Assembly (NCBI GenBank): GCA_965649825.1 | Contig: OZ287695.1 | Span: forward strand, 1,221,081-1,285,080 | Source: Penicillus capitatus | Lineage: Eukaryota > Plantae > Chlorophyta | Length of the DNA stretch: 64,000 bases | Reading direction: 5' to 3' | Notes under the pieces: generated by a model | Databases searched by the model: none | Told to the model about the DNA's origin: nothing | The model's input: the letters and a program-made list of their open reading frames with translations, nothing else | Position numbers and translations under genes: made by a program | Part shown: positions 1 to 12,240 of the stretch, one piece after another | How the letters are laid out: each line of letters opens with the position of its first letter | Position numbering within the stretch: position 1 is the stretch's first letter

Positions 1-1404
1 CCGCTTAGAACGGCGACGTCTCTGTTAACCTCGACAGTATTATTGTCGGAAGAGACCAACGTGACCGTCTACGGAAAAATAATTCGGCGTGCCGCAACGG
101 ATGGCAAGCGACGCACTGTTTCACTACTCATCTCCGTCTAGCCTGGATGACAAAGATGAACACAAAAACGAAGAAAACACGGAAGAATCGATGGCGTCGA
201 AAGCGCGACGGTTTATCATGCCACGACACAATACGTGATGCGTTTCGTGGACGGCGGAATTGCCAGAGAGGCTGAAGGAGGAACGAAAGAGCGGAATCAT
301 GGGTCGAGAAGTATCTCCTCGAACAATCGACGATTATGTCACTCACACTTTCGGAAATCGCCGAAACATATCCTCCATTACATTCCTATTCATCACACAC
401 CATCCGACTGGCTTTCACTCAAGCGTCTTCCACATCTGTTGCTGTTCGGCTGACCTGATACCGGCAAGACTTCAGCGATACTGGCGGTGGCCCGATTCCT
501 TTATGGATCTCATCAAGTCTGCCTTCCATGTTGTTAGAGAGACCAACGGCAGCGTTATTGCGCGGAGAAGATGGTGGTTGGAATTGGATGGTTCGGATGC
601 TCGAGGAATCCACGTTCCGAGGCATGACGCATCGTCGCCGGCTCCCAGAAGATGATCAGCAGAAATTCCCTTGTTTGTGGTAGCCCATGATGGATATGTG
701 AAATCACCGACCATGTGGTCGAGATTTGGGATGTGTGCAGCAAATGGGTCATGGAATGCAGTCACCAGTCAACCCGTTTCTATTTTAGGATCCCCTTGGG
801 CAGAACCGATTTCCTACCTTGTTGCACACTCTTGCCTCGAAAGCGGTGTTTCTTGTCTGTTCAAAGGACAGGCAGGAGTCCTGCTTCATTGTTCGTTCGT
901 TGTGCGCGAGGACCACCTTCAACGGTTGGTCGCGCCAACGTTTTGCACACGCAGTTACGCGCCTAAGCGCACGAAATCTGTCCCGAGACACGAAATTTGT
1001 CTAGGAACTGTTTCGACAGGCAGAAATAACCAGTCCCTTTTCAAAAGAATAGTTTTCCTGCAGCTCTTGCTGATGTGGCGTTAAACACTTTCTCACACGA
1101 TGCATAAGATCATCGTAAATACGACAGAGGGCATGGCATTCGGCGGAAGGATCGGTACGAGGCCACAATCGTTATTCCTTAGTGCTTAGCGGCATTTCCA
1201 CCGATGATCGCGAATTCTGCCATCCGTTATGGCCGTGACCGGAAGTTCATACACCCACCGCCAATGATGACCACTCATTCCCGCGGCCTTAGTCTGTGGA
1301 ATTGTGGTGGTGTGTTATAAAACGGTTCTCTGCCTCGAGGTCCTTCACTCCACCATTTACTTGTGCGGACTTTTCACTCTGGTTTTGTTGTTTCTACCTT
1401 CATC

Positions 1405-4400
1405 ATGAATTCGCCCTCGGCTTCGTCGCAGAATGTCCATGGGCAAGATTCGCGGGAGGTGCACTTCCGTGATACGAAGGCGCACACGACACGTTGTCCA
1501 CTCGCAGGTCGAAGAGCTGTGCTACGGCGAGCCTCTACAGGTCACGGACTCTCTTCTGAAGGCACTCAACGTAAAGCAATGCATTTCTCTCTCCGCACTT
1601 AAGAAGAAGCTGCCGGTTATCGGTGTCTAGTTGGACAAATATCACCGCAAGCTTCATCCATTCTACACAGGACGCCGTAAAAGGGATAGAATCTTCCCCT
1701 TTGCCAAGACGTTGCTGCGCAAATTCCATCGCAATGCGGACGGAGGTGCGCCAACGTATGCGGTCAATGAGATGTTTACACACTCCACGGTGTGTCTTAT
1801 CCGCGCACGCGGTCGGCGGACTCAGACAAGGACGATGCGTAGGTGCTCCCAACGTCCATGCTCAAAAAAATGAAACGCCGTGAACGCAAACGATGCATCG
1901 TAATGTTCAACCATGTTCGAGCTTGGACATCCTGTAGCAACGGCGAGCGAGATGTGGAGGAGAGAAACCGTGAACGGCAGTGTATTGACCAGATTGTTCG
2001 ATCCAATCCACTAAAAAAGGATGAGCTTCTCCTGCAGCTCGTGAAACAGACGAGGGGCAACCCGAACCGCTGCGGAGAGAGGAACACGTGGAAGCTGCTT
2101 AAGCTCATCTGCAACACCTATGCCTTCTCTGATGTCGATCTCTCGTGCATCTCCACTGAGATCTCAGTCGACGCTTGTGTCTAGGACGTGCGGGACTTTG
2201 CTCTCGAGTACTTCCAGTCTGTGACGAATCAAGGACAGGGAGCAGATCCTGTCATCAAGCACATGGCTCTCGAGCTTCTGCAGACTCTTGGCAGAGGACT
2301 GTCGAATTTTCACTGTGCCGACCCAGGTACGAGTTCCAGACACGGCAGCTATTACGCAAGCACTCCAGAACGTACCGTTGTCCATTTCCTGGATAACGAG
2401 ACCATATCAGTGATCTACGATTCGCATACACTTGTGGAGGATGTTGTTCCCCAAATTGCATGGACCGTGGGTCTCCAGGATCATGACACGTTTGCACTGT
2501 ATGAGTGCTGCGGAGAGCAGCAGCACATACTAATGAATGGAAATTGTACGCTGACGATGGTGGTGAACGAGAAACGATTTTTGCACAACGAAAGTGGAAC
2601 GAGCCGATTGTTGATGAAGAAGAAAATCATCGGCTACGTCGAACAAGAGAAGAACGACCCGAGGGGATTTGTGTTGACGTACTACCAGGCGAAGAACCAG
2701 TACTTAAAGGGCGGCTATCCATTGGCAACAGAACACGCCATTCAACTGTTCGTCTTTATGGTCCATGCCGAAGGCCGTGTATCTACCGCCTCTGGTCACG
2801 AAGGGCTCAACAGACTGCTTGAAGAGTTTGTTCCTCCCGGGGTCTTGCCAGTCCTTCTCTTCAACTTGATTCAAAGGGTTGGTTGTCTGCTCTAGACGCT
2901 GGTCCAGAAGCATCGTGAATTTTGGTTGAGAAATGCACGAGAAGCGATGGGGAAATATCAGCGACTTGGTATCGGTGAAGCGCGATTTCGATTCGTTGAA
3001 CGTATGCAGTCCATTCCGTACGGCAATTGCCATTTGTTTGAGGTTCGCGAAGCAGAGAGTCAGGCCACCGTGCTTCCGGAACACAAACAGCTGCACTTGG
3101 CCGTCCACAGAAGCGGAATCTATTTCTTTCTGGACCCGTACGGAGAATCCTTGCTCAGAATCGATCTGGACGACGTCGATCAGATCTATGCCATAAATGT
3201 CGGCGTTGCCTTGGTGCCAAAGAGAACGACAGCTCATCGGACATTGTGGCTCAAGATGGAAGAGAGTGTGGTCTTCTGCGACACAGTGATGAATCACAAG
3301 AAGATCTTTGGCGGCGCAACCCGGACGGTTCGCCGGTCTAGAGGCTTGACGCAGTCTTCGGATGGCTTCGATTCCAGCAGTGTACCGCCGTATTCCTGGA
3401 GGGATAGCTGGAACATGCCACACTGGTCTCGTAGTTCGGAAAGAACGCCAGACTCGAGGTCTGGGATGGACGATATTTACGCGGCAGGGCCATCCAGACT
3501 ACCGAACCAGAGGGACGGTGGAAAATCCAGCAAGTCGTCTTCCTACATGGGGACGAGCTCGCAAAGCGGATCACAGCAAACATCTGAACTTCAGAGTACA
3601 ACGACCTCGTCGGGCAGTCGAAATGCTGAAGGACATTCAAACTGGCCACCGAAGTCAGACAAACGGAACTCAAGCAACCGAAGAGGTCAAAAACCGTAAG
3701 TGCGCTCTCGTAACAGTTCCATGGTTAGGAAATGGATCCAGGTCACGACCTGCGGCAGGAGCCCCACTTTCGCGATCTTGTGGTCTTGTGGCGGATACGT
3801 AAGCTCTTTCAACGTTTCCGACCTTTGACTGATGAGTTCTGCTTTCTGAAGGTATGAGGTGACAGGACCCTCCGACAACGAAGACAAGTCCATGGTCAGG
3901 GCCCTCGGCATCTACTGCAAAACGAAAGTACTTCTCAAATTCTGCGACACAGACAAGAGCTTCGAAGAAACAAAAGAGCGTCACGCGAGGCGCAGGAATC
4001 GAGGCCACATCTGCAAGTACGATCTGCGACCCCGTTCGCAATTCTCACTTATGTCACACACGTTAGACTTCTCCGACCGGTCAACGGCAACATCTCGACT
4101 CGATCGTGCCTGATCTTCGAGAGAGGAGACGAGACACTGGGAGAATGGATGACGAAAAAAGGTCACAGTATACAGGAGAGAGTGAAAGTCGCGTTCGAGG
4201 TTCGTTCCTCGTCGATCGCAGCCCTCTGACGGTTTTGGGGTTTAGATCTGCCGTCTCGTGAAGTCTCTGCACGACGAAGGGATCGTTCATGGAGATCTGA
4301 AGCCCAGCAACGTCTACCACTTCTGTGCAGATGACTCGTGGAAGATTCTCGAGACGGATACGGTGTTCGTTGAGGGCAAGCCGCCACCCGTCCACTACAA

Positions 4401-5528
4401 GTCCACTCCAGAGTATGCGGCACCCGAGGTTCTTTCTGCCGAATTCCGAGAGGAAGCTCTTGTTGCCGTGACAACCGGTGCCGATATCTACTCCCTGGGT
4501 GTCATACTCTATGAGCTGTTTCAAGGTTTGCCGTCGTATGTAGATCATTCACGAGGCTCTCTGTTACTGCCACAGGAACGAGATTCTACCCTCCGGAGAT
4601 GAGCCCTGATGTCATATACGCCTATTCGTCTAAAGGGAAACTGCCTAACAACACTGCCTGTATCCAAGACGACGCGATTCGCAGCACGATCGAGAAATGC
4701 CTTCACTCAATTCCCAATCAGAGATGGACAGCCACAGAAATGTGTGATACCGAGCTATTCAGGCCAGTGAGAGACGCCGGTCGTGAATCACTCCAGGAGA
4801 ATCTCGTGCGCCGCCGTCCTTATAGCGACAAACAGCAGACGCTGGCTGGTTTAAAACACCAGCCCTTTCAAGTTCATCCAGCATCCGTCGAGGAACCCAT
4901 CCCAGCGGATATCGACATCTCACTGTGCTTGGAGGAGTTCGCCGAGAGCAATCCTTCCACAAATCTGACAGAGGCAAAGGGGATAGAGGTTTTGACAACA
5001 AGGGACAGTCAGCTGGAGGGACAAACAATTTTCCTTCTAAACGCAGAACAGAAGGTTTATCGTATGCGGATGGTCGTCGACGACGTTGCATTCGACCGGA
5101 CACCATCCTTGGAAATCGTGCATATGGGCATTGTCTTACCCGACAACCATCCAGTGGAATTACAGATGTCGGCCGCCACGACAGTGTTCCAGCACGAAGC
5201 CATTGCCATTCTTAGGATAGAAGACCTCATCGCCAGAGATGCGCGTTCAACACTTGTGCGTTCTCATGGATCCAGTGGCGAATATCTAGAGCTAGAAGTA
5301 ATGGTGGATGTTCGAATTCCATCGACAACAAGAACGATGAGCGAAATGTTAACGATTCGAGGAAAGATCTACGGCAAGTTGCTCCAAAGCGATGCTCATA
5401 TCCTCAGTTGTCCGAGTAACATCGCATTGCACAAGACATCGCGTTACACGCCGCGCTGGGCGAGATTTACTGTGAAGAGATCGCGTGTTTCTGGTAGCAT
5501 GGCATTCTGGGAATCTGTTCCCTACTGA
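1405..5528 (+). CDS. MyTH4-FERM domain protein (KCBP-tail-like) fused to a divergent Ser/Thr-type protein kinase domain and a C-terminal unknown domain; multi-exon
   Basis: The MyTH4 motifs NEMF..LPTSMLK and KDELLLQLVKQTRGNPNR resemble KCBP. FERM segments include TVVHFLDNETISVIYDS and FALYEC. Kinase motifs are VLLKF, CLIFERGDETL, HGDLKPSN, TPEYAAPE and DIYSLGVILYEL. GT-AG introns of about 45-60 nt join all pieces in frame (e.g. a donor at 3696). ATG 1405, TGA 5526-5528. Confidence 0.75.
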
Positions 5529-6992
5529 TTTGGTGTTGTTGCATATTAGAGAATTTTTTGACCAACAATGCTTGGTTTGATCTGTGTTGCCTGTGAGCAA
5601 GCATCTGTCTTTCTTGCTCAATCTGTTTGTGCCAAAGCTATTGTGACCAGATATTAATCGTCTGGTGTTTATTTTTTTATTTAAGAGGATTGGCGAAATC
5701 GTGGGACTTCTCTGAATTTCTTGCGAAAACCAGCAAGTTTGAGAATTCAATGGGATGTAGATTGCGAGAAAACAGCGTCACCGACGTCACGTCGCTTGTC
5801 CCGTCTGCACTAAGACAGGGTTCTTAGTGAAACAGGGCGTCGTCTCAGTATGATGCTGTTCGGAAGTGCCATCGCGGACATCGGGAGACAATCGAGCGCC
5901 ATGCCGGTACTGTGACATGTCCAAAACGAACACCTCACAGTGCCGAACCTCGATCGAGTGACGAGGCACGTCGATGGCAAGTGTTCCTGATTGGTGTATC
6001 TGCTTCTTTTCGTCTGTGCTCTCCTTGGCCAGCGGACGAGAAGAGATCTCTGTGTTCATCCGACATTGTTGCTAGACCAAGAGAAGCTTAGGCTGTCCAC
6101 ATTCGAGGCTTAATTGTAGGATGTGGAGTTTTCGACCGAGATGCCGCGAGAAGGGATCGAGGAATGCTGGCAGTCACGGATAGATTCTCAACTGGCGTCG
6201 TAGATAATTCGCGGATTCGATCAAGACGATCCGTAAAGGGTATTCAATTGTTCCTCCCCTTTAGCACAGATCAACAGTGGAGTGCGCCATTTGACAGACC
6301 GCATTTGCTCAGCATGAACCAAAAAACGTTCCTGATCCAACTGATTCTTTCTTGCAGGTCGTTCCTGAGCGTTCATGCTCGTTGGATGCGACATCCAGCG
6401 ACGATTTGCTGTCATTTCGGCGATACGTCGATCCCGATCGCGTTTTAGATCGAAGTTGGCACATATCGATAAAATCAAACTACCGATAAAAGAACCATCA
6501 AACCGCCGTGTACGACTGGCGATTGTTCGATAATTCAGCGATCGATGCCAAATTGTCGAACATGGAGCTCCGAAGAATACTAAGATCTCCCTTCAATCAA
6601 TCGACAACGAAAACATCGAAGATCAATCCGCTGATTAACGATCGACGACCATTCCTTTATTAAACGCTTTCATCAAGAAACGCGAGAGTTGTTCGTTATG
6701 TCACACTTTTGGATTGCTACATCTTGTAGAAGCTGCATATTCGCATTTAATTTTAAGACATTATGTTTTGCGATAACCGATTCCAGACATTTCTATCGCT
6801 TCCAATCGAGAGCTTCGATGCGCGCGATCTTAATTCTAAGTTAGTTTCTATTGACAAAGTGTTGTATAGATGACCGAAGTCATTGAAACGAAGATTCCTG
6901 TAAAAGGCTCTTTCGACGGAAAAAATTTTAAAAGGTTACGTCTCCACAACAGGACACGCTTCTATAATCGTACTGTTTTTGTGAATTTTATG

Positions 6993-7056
6993 ATCGCTCC
7001 GATCTCTCCGATCATCATCACAACATCGCTCCGATCTCTCCGATCATCATCACAAC
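6993..7056. repeat. Perfect 2 x 32-nt tandem duplication
   Basis: atcgctccgatctctccgatcatcatcacaac occurs at 6993-7024 and 7025-7056. Confidence 0.9.
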
Positions 7057-7407
7057 AATTCCGTCGTTCTTATAACGGATGCGGTTCGATCGTACAGTTA
7101 TATATCGTTTAAATGTGTTTGCCAATGTCACAGCCGTCCACCTTCGCACAGCTGATCAAGGAGAGGCGGAGAGCAATGTGTGTATATTCGATGAAACTTG
7201 TGAGTTCGATCTCCGCCGATAAATCCAGACAACAAACGATTGAACAGTCTTTAAACGCTACACGGTTTCGTAGTCGTTTGCGTTTGTTATCGCGCTTCGA
7301 CGGGCGAAGCTGCGACAGTGTTGCTATCATGAGTTTGAATGATGTGTGTCCCCCCATTTGCAAAAACTACGCCTTCATTTTCGACAGTATATAGATCGGC
7401 TACTTTC

Positions 7408-7545
7408 GATCGGCCATCGCCGCATGTTATCGGCAGTGGCTGGCTTCCGATTGACACGTCTGCGTCAAATCGGCAGTGGCCGGTCGCCGATCGGCAATCG
7501 CCGTATGCGATCCGCAGTGGCTGGCTTCCGATCGGCACGTCTGCG
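7408..7545. repeat. Degenerate direct repeat, 81-nt period
   Basis: The ~57-nt block gatcggcNatcgccgYatg..atcSgcagtggctggcttccgat..cacgtctgcg starts at both 7408 and 7489. Confidence 0.75.
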
Positions 7546-9969
7546 GTAGATTGTTGTAAGTATCTATGACTCGATGACGGCGATATGCTCATGATGCCAA
7601 ACTACTGCCTGTATTCGCCGCCAGTTTTGATCCAAGCAACTTGATTTTTTTCTTTGAATGAGTTCTTGTTGCGAGAACGCAAAGTGTGGAAGACAAACTC
7701 TTTAAAACTTGTGTTTTGCAGCAGAGAATGCACATTTAAAAAAACGATGGTTCTCAAGTTTTATCTAGCACCAGCTTTTTTCGATCATCAGCTAGATCAT
7801 TTGCATCTGTTTAACCACCATATTTGCTTCGACATGTCTTTTGCTATTTTTCGGGTGGTGTGATGCCGAAAGAACGCAACCACAACAAACCTTCTTCTAG
7901 AAATAGTACGTCTTACATCAAAAGGGTCCTTTTAAGCCGGCGATGGTCATTAATTCCGAGTTCGGCCAGTCATGCGAGCCCATTCATAGGATTAGCAGCC
8001 AGCCCGTCACGCCGTAAACGTAGCTGCATCTTCTTCAACAGGTAGGGAGTCTTTATTATCACATTTCGAACTTAATCCACGCAACGGCCTCGTTATCGTA
8101 TCGATCGCCTTTTCACTGGACTGTCGCATTCAAACTGAGGGATCTATCGTTGAGTTAAAGATGTCCCTGAAAAAATCTACATGTCTGCTCTCTATTCTAT
8201 CAAGCTAGCCTAACATGCTGCGAGTGACCACGTGAGATTCGTTCATGCAGTGCACAACACAGGATTCTTCCGTGTTTACGAATAGTGGATCTTATTCGAC
8301 AGTCTCACTGCATCTAAGAAAGACCCGTGTACATCGATTAGCAGCTGTCGGTTATTACAAGATGCAAACCGCTAACTATCTTCATCCGAACGAATCAAGA
8401 GAAATGCTTACGGTGAACAGATACTTCTAGAAGGATAAAGCAAGAAATCTCATTGAACCATAGATCGATGCGCGATAGACTGATAGCGCATGAGATGTTA
8501 AAACCACTTGTGTACTATTGGAGTCGTGCGATGTGTCATCACAGTTCTTTTTTATGTCCAAAGCCACATGTTATCTAAGCGACCTGCTGATTGTTCAGCA
8601 GCACGTCGAAAGCAAATTATCGATAAGGAAAGCAGATATCCAACTTCACGAGACCATTTCCACAGACACGCAATTGCTTAGCAGTAGACGATAGAGACGG
8701 AACCAATAGTGGAGTGCTCAGAAATCGACTAGACTCCTTGATGAGTGGTGAGTGACATCATTGAAATGACACCTCATACTGATGCATGAATGGATTGATT
8801 TCTCATCCAGCTGCATAGATTTCTACTCTCCGTCTGCGGAGTAGATATAGCCTTGGCACCTCATCAGTTTAGCACACGAGTGCCTTGCAAGACCAAACAA
8901 ACAACCCTAATGAAGGACCGTGTCGACTTAGTTGGCGATGGGGCGGCACTTCTCTCGCATTACGTAGCGTATGACCCGCGGGTCAGCGTAGGAATTCCGC
9001 TAAAGGCAACATGGTAGAATTCGAGAAAGCAACAGTGGTGTTACGGATTACAACGAATCGGAGCTCCTTTAGGCGTTGTCCTCCGACTCCATCGCAAACG
9101 CTACTGAAAACGTTAAAAAAGTGTTCGTTCGTGCCCGCAACATCCATGACAAACACAACTGGTTTTGGCTGTTTGCATATCACGTCCAAGTTCACGTAGA
9201 TCATACCGTCGCGCAAGAAAGCAACTGGTCTTTCTAGACTATCGATCGGTGTCTACCCTCAACGATGATCGCGCTCATGTCGAATGATCATCACACCGAC
9301 GCACGCTGCGAAGAAAAATCCCATGCATACCCTAGCTTTTGCTGTCCGTGATGCGAAGGAGAATCCGCACAGAAAAGAAAGCCGTTCTGGGGATGAACTG
9401 TAACCCTCGAACCGGCTGTTCGAATGGAAGCGCCTTGTCGTTGCCCTGTGCGGAAGAGCACATTGTCGTCGTGCATTTCGCCTCGAGCCGCGGAGAGGAA
9501 ACGATCTCCTTCCTCACAGATATCACCAACGTCTTCCATACAGAGTCGCATCGACTGGACGCTGCTGCTTCAGTCAGCGATCAGAGGCCGCGGACGTCTC
9601 CGCACACGTGGCTCGCATTCCAGCTTCCTTCGAGGCAGGAAGCACCATTTGGCTTAATGCTAATTTTGCATTTAAGAGACAGCTGTTTTTGACAGTTGTT
9701 CGTTCACAGGTTCCGCTCATGAGCCCGCGGCAGTTGCATGACGACTGTCGAGCCCGCCTCGTATACTTTATTTGGTTTTCTCGCACGCGTGGCAGATTCC
9801 CGCTTCCATGCAGCGGGGACTGCTTGGACTATAAAAGGCGAACGATGCGCTAGGTTATCCACTCAATAACCTGTGTCTACGTTTCACTGTGTTATTCCTT
9901 CTAAGCCATCGTGGTTCGTTTGTCTGGTTTGATAACGCGACGTCTCTCTCTAAAAACAACTCATCGAAG

Positions 9970-10976
9970 ATGCAGACGAAAGCGCTCTCTGTCTTGTGCC
10001 TTTTGTTGTGCGCCCAAGTCTTTGCGGTCGTTTACGCAGCTGTCAAGTCACGACTGCCTTGAAGGGTGGTGGTGCTTAGGTGCGAAACTTAGCTGGTTCG
10101 GCACCGAGATTGTTGCTTCAGCAAAGCAGCAGTGCCTCTTCAGGCACGTCTTCCAGTGCTAGCAGCGATGCTGGTGGAAGCTCTAGTTCGTCGTCGAGAT
10201 CTTCTGCCACACAGATTGGCCCTGGTTCAATCATTGTACAGGCCAGCTCTTTCGCATCGGCTGTGGCAATTGCCCGAAGCGACTTCGAAAAAGCTGTGGC
10301 CGCCGCCATCGTCAAAGTTAGCGGTGGAACGGCTGCTGCCCTCTCCACAGCAAGGGCCGAGGCAGATGCTTTTGCATTAGCCATTGCAAACGCATTTGCC
10401 TCTGTGTTTATTTTCTCGAACAGTGATGGCGGTTTCGGCTGTGCTTCGTCGTCAGCCACTGCAAGGCAGTCAGCAGAAGCATTTGCCGAAGTTCTCGTTC
10501 AAGTATGCTCTCCTCAATGCGTATGTTCTTGTTGTCTCATTCTAAGAACTTGTGTAGGTTCTCGCAGCCGCGTCTAACAAAATCTCCTTCGCAGTTGCTG
10601 CTGCTGCCATCGATGTTATCGCGGACGTTACCGTCAATGCGTTCGCCACAGCACGAGCGAACGCATGTGTCCGTGGGGAAGGTCAAGCTAGTGCATTTGG
10701 TTCGCAGTTTACCAGAGCGTTGGCGGATGTATATGTCGAAGTCATCGCCCTGGCCTTTGCCCTCGTTACTCCTGGAGCTACCGTGTCAGCGATTCGCGTC
10801 TTTGTAGACGTAGACGTATTCACCGTCGTCACAGTTAGCGGATTCAGCGCTGCACGTGTCGTTGGAGACGGTAATCCCATAGAGGCCATGTTCGATTGCC
10901 ACTGACGAGCTGTTTTGTGTTTCCAGCAAACGCCAATGCCAATGCTTTTGGCAGTGGCAGTGCCAACGGACGTTAG
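9970..10976 (+). CDS. Secreted Ala/Ser/Val-rich protein of about 285 aa, 4 exons, unknown function
   Basis: Signal peptide MQTKALSVLCLLLCAQVFAVVYAA. Introns at 10042-10079, 10503-10557 and about 10871-10926 keep the frame. The mature part has an Ser-rich linker followed by repeated A-x-A-[FV]-A helices and two Cys. TAG at 10974-10976. Confidence 0.8.
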
Positions 10977-11045
10977 ATGATGAATGCTTTATAAGCATTC
11001 TGTTATTGGCGCAGTCATCCGCATGTGTTTTTTCTTCTGGTGTGC

Positions 11046-11378
11046 TCAGAGCGGGTCTGTGAGATCCATTGTTTTCTTCTCTGCATAAACCTCAGCTTTT
11101 CTTTCGGTGATTACGGATAATGGATTCGGCAGAAAGACATCTGTCAGCTTCCTCACCGGATGTCCAGAGCTAGCTATTTTCTGCAATGATTCCATTTTCT
11201 CGTAACCCGAACGGTATGAAACGGTTGTCGGTGAAGCTCTCCTTGCTTTAATGAACTCCCTCCGGTTTTCCGCCATACTACTATTCGACTTTAGTCGCAA
11301 TATCGAGAACTTGCCGATTTCGACGACAACAGGCAACAAATTCCTTTCAGAGTCTTCGAGGTCATGATTGCAGAGCAT
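11046..11378 (-). CDS. Hypothetical protein (76-110 aa)
   Basis: Open frame with protein-like composition from MAENRREF onward. No recognisable motif. Confidence 0.25.
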   Translation of the reverse strand: MLCNHDLEDSERNLLPVVVEIGKFSILRLKSNSSMAENRREFIKARRASPTTVSYRSGYEKMESLQKIASSGHPVRKLTDVFLPNPLSVITERKAEVYAEKKTMDLTDPL

Positions 11379-12240
11379 TCCTCGTTTGGTGAGTCACAGA
11401 ACGACGCGTTAGCCCACGACGGAGCTTGTCCGCGTCCTCTGAATTGCGACCGACAATTTCGTCTCCGCGTCGAGGCCGATCGAGGCAAACGTCACTTCAC
11501 CTTCACTAACACCGCCAGTCGGTGTGCGTGCCTCACACAGCCGGTTTCGCACAGCCGATTTTTAGGCTAAGGAACAGCACTCGGAAAACGATGGACTGCC
11601 GTTCCTCCCCGCATACACACTTTTCTATTCAGCCGTTCATCGCGGAACCGGCGACGCGTGGTGGGTATATTATCGACCCGATACGGTGTGGTTGACAGAA
11701 GACGTCGTGGCTTGTCCTTCTGGGCTCCTAAAACTCACAGCGCTTCTTGCTTTGTGATCTCTCATGAATGACTTCTATGCCGCGACAAAGTTCGCTCTAC
11801 CATTCAGGTGGGAAAGCGTCTCGCGATTCTTACCAAAAAACGACCCGCGTGTGAAGACGTCCGCGTTCGCGAAGTACTCTTTGATTCTTCTCACGCAATC
11901 CTTTACAGACTGAGTCAAGGAGAACAATGGCCGATGACGACAACAACCTGCTGAGAGCAAGGGAAAATGTCATCCACCGAAAATGCACGGAATTGTTCCC
12001 AAACAACGGCATTGCAGTGGCTTCAGATAAGGTCCTACCACCAGGATTGCTTATGCCGATTTTGGCATAAAAAGGAAAACTGCCATTTGTTTCAGGTTGA
12101 GATTTGGTGCCTGATAAACAACACAAACGCACACTGTGTTAAACAAAAACCGCCTAGCATCGAATGCTGACCAAGAACTTCAAATCATTTGGAATTTGGC
12201 AAACGATGGTTCTCTCTCAAAACGATCAGTAAGTGAAAGA

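Noticed and set aside
1-1090. Several overlapping 60-137 aa ORFs on both strands
   Set aside because: No motif was recognised and no consistent splice model could be built. It may be the end of a gene from the previous window.
5787-6059. 90-aa minus-strand ORF
   Set aside because: No motif or supporting exon structure.
8720-8790. Hammerhead-like TGATGA..GAAA arrangement
   Set aside because: The core C3 is T and no stem I pairing can be formed, so it is a chance match.
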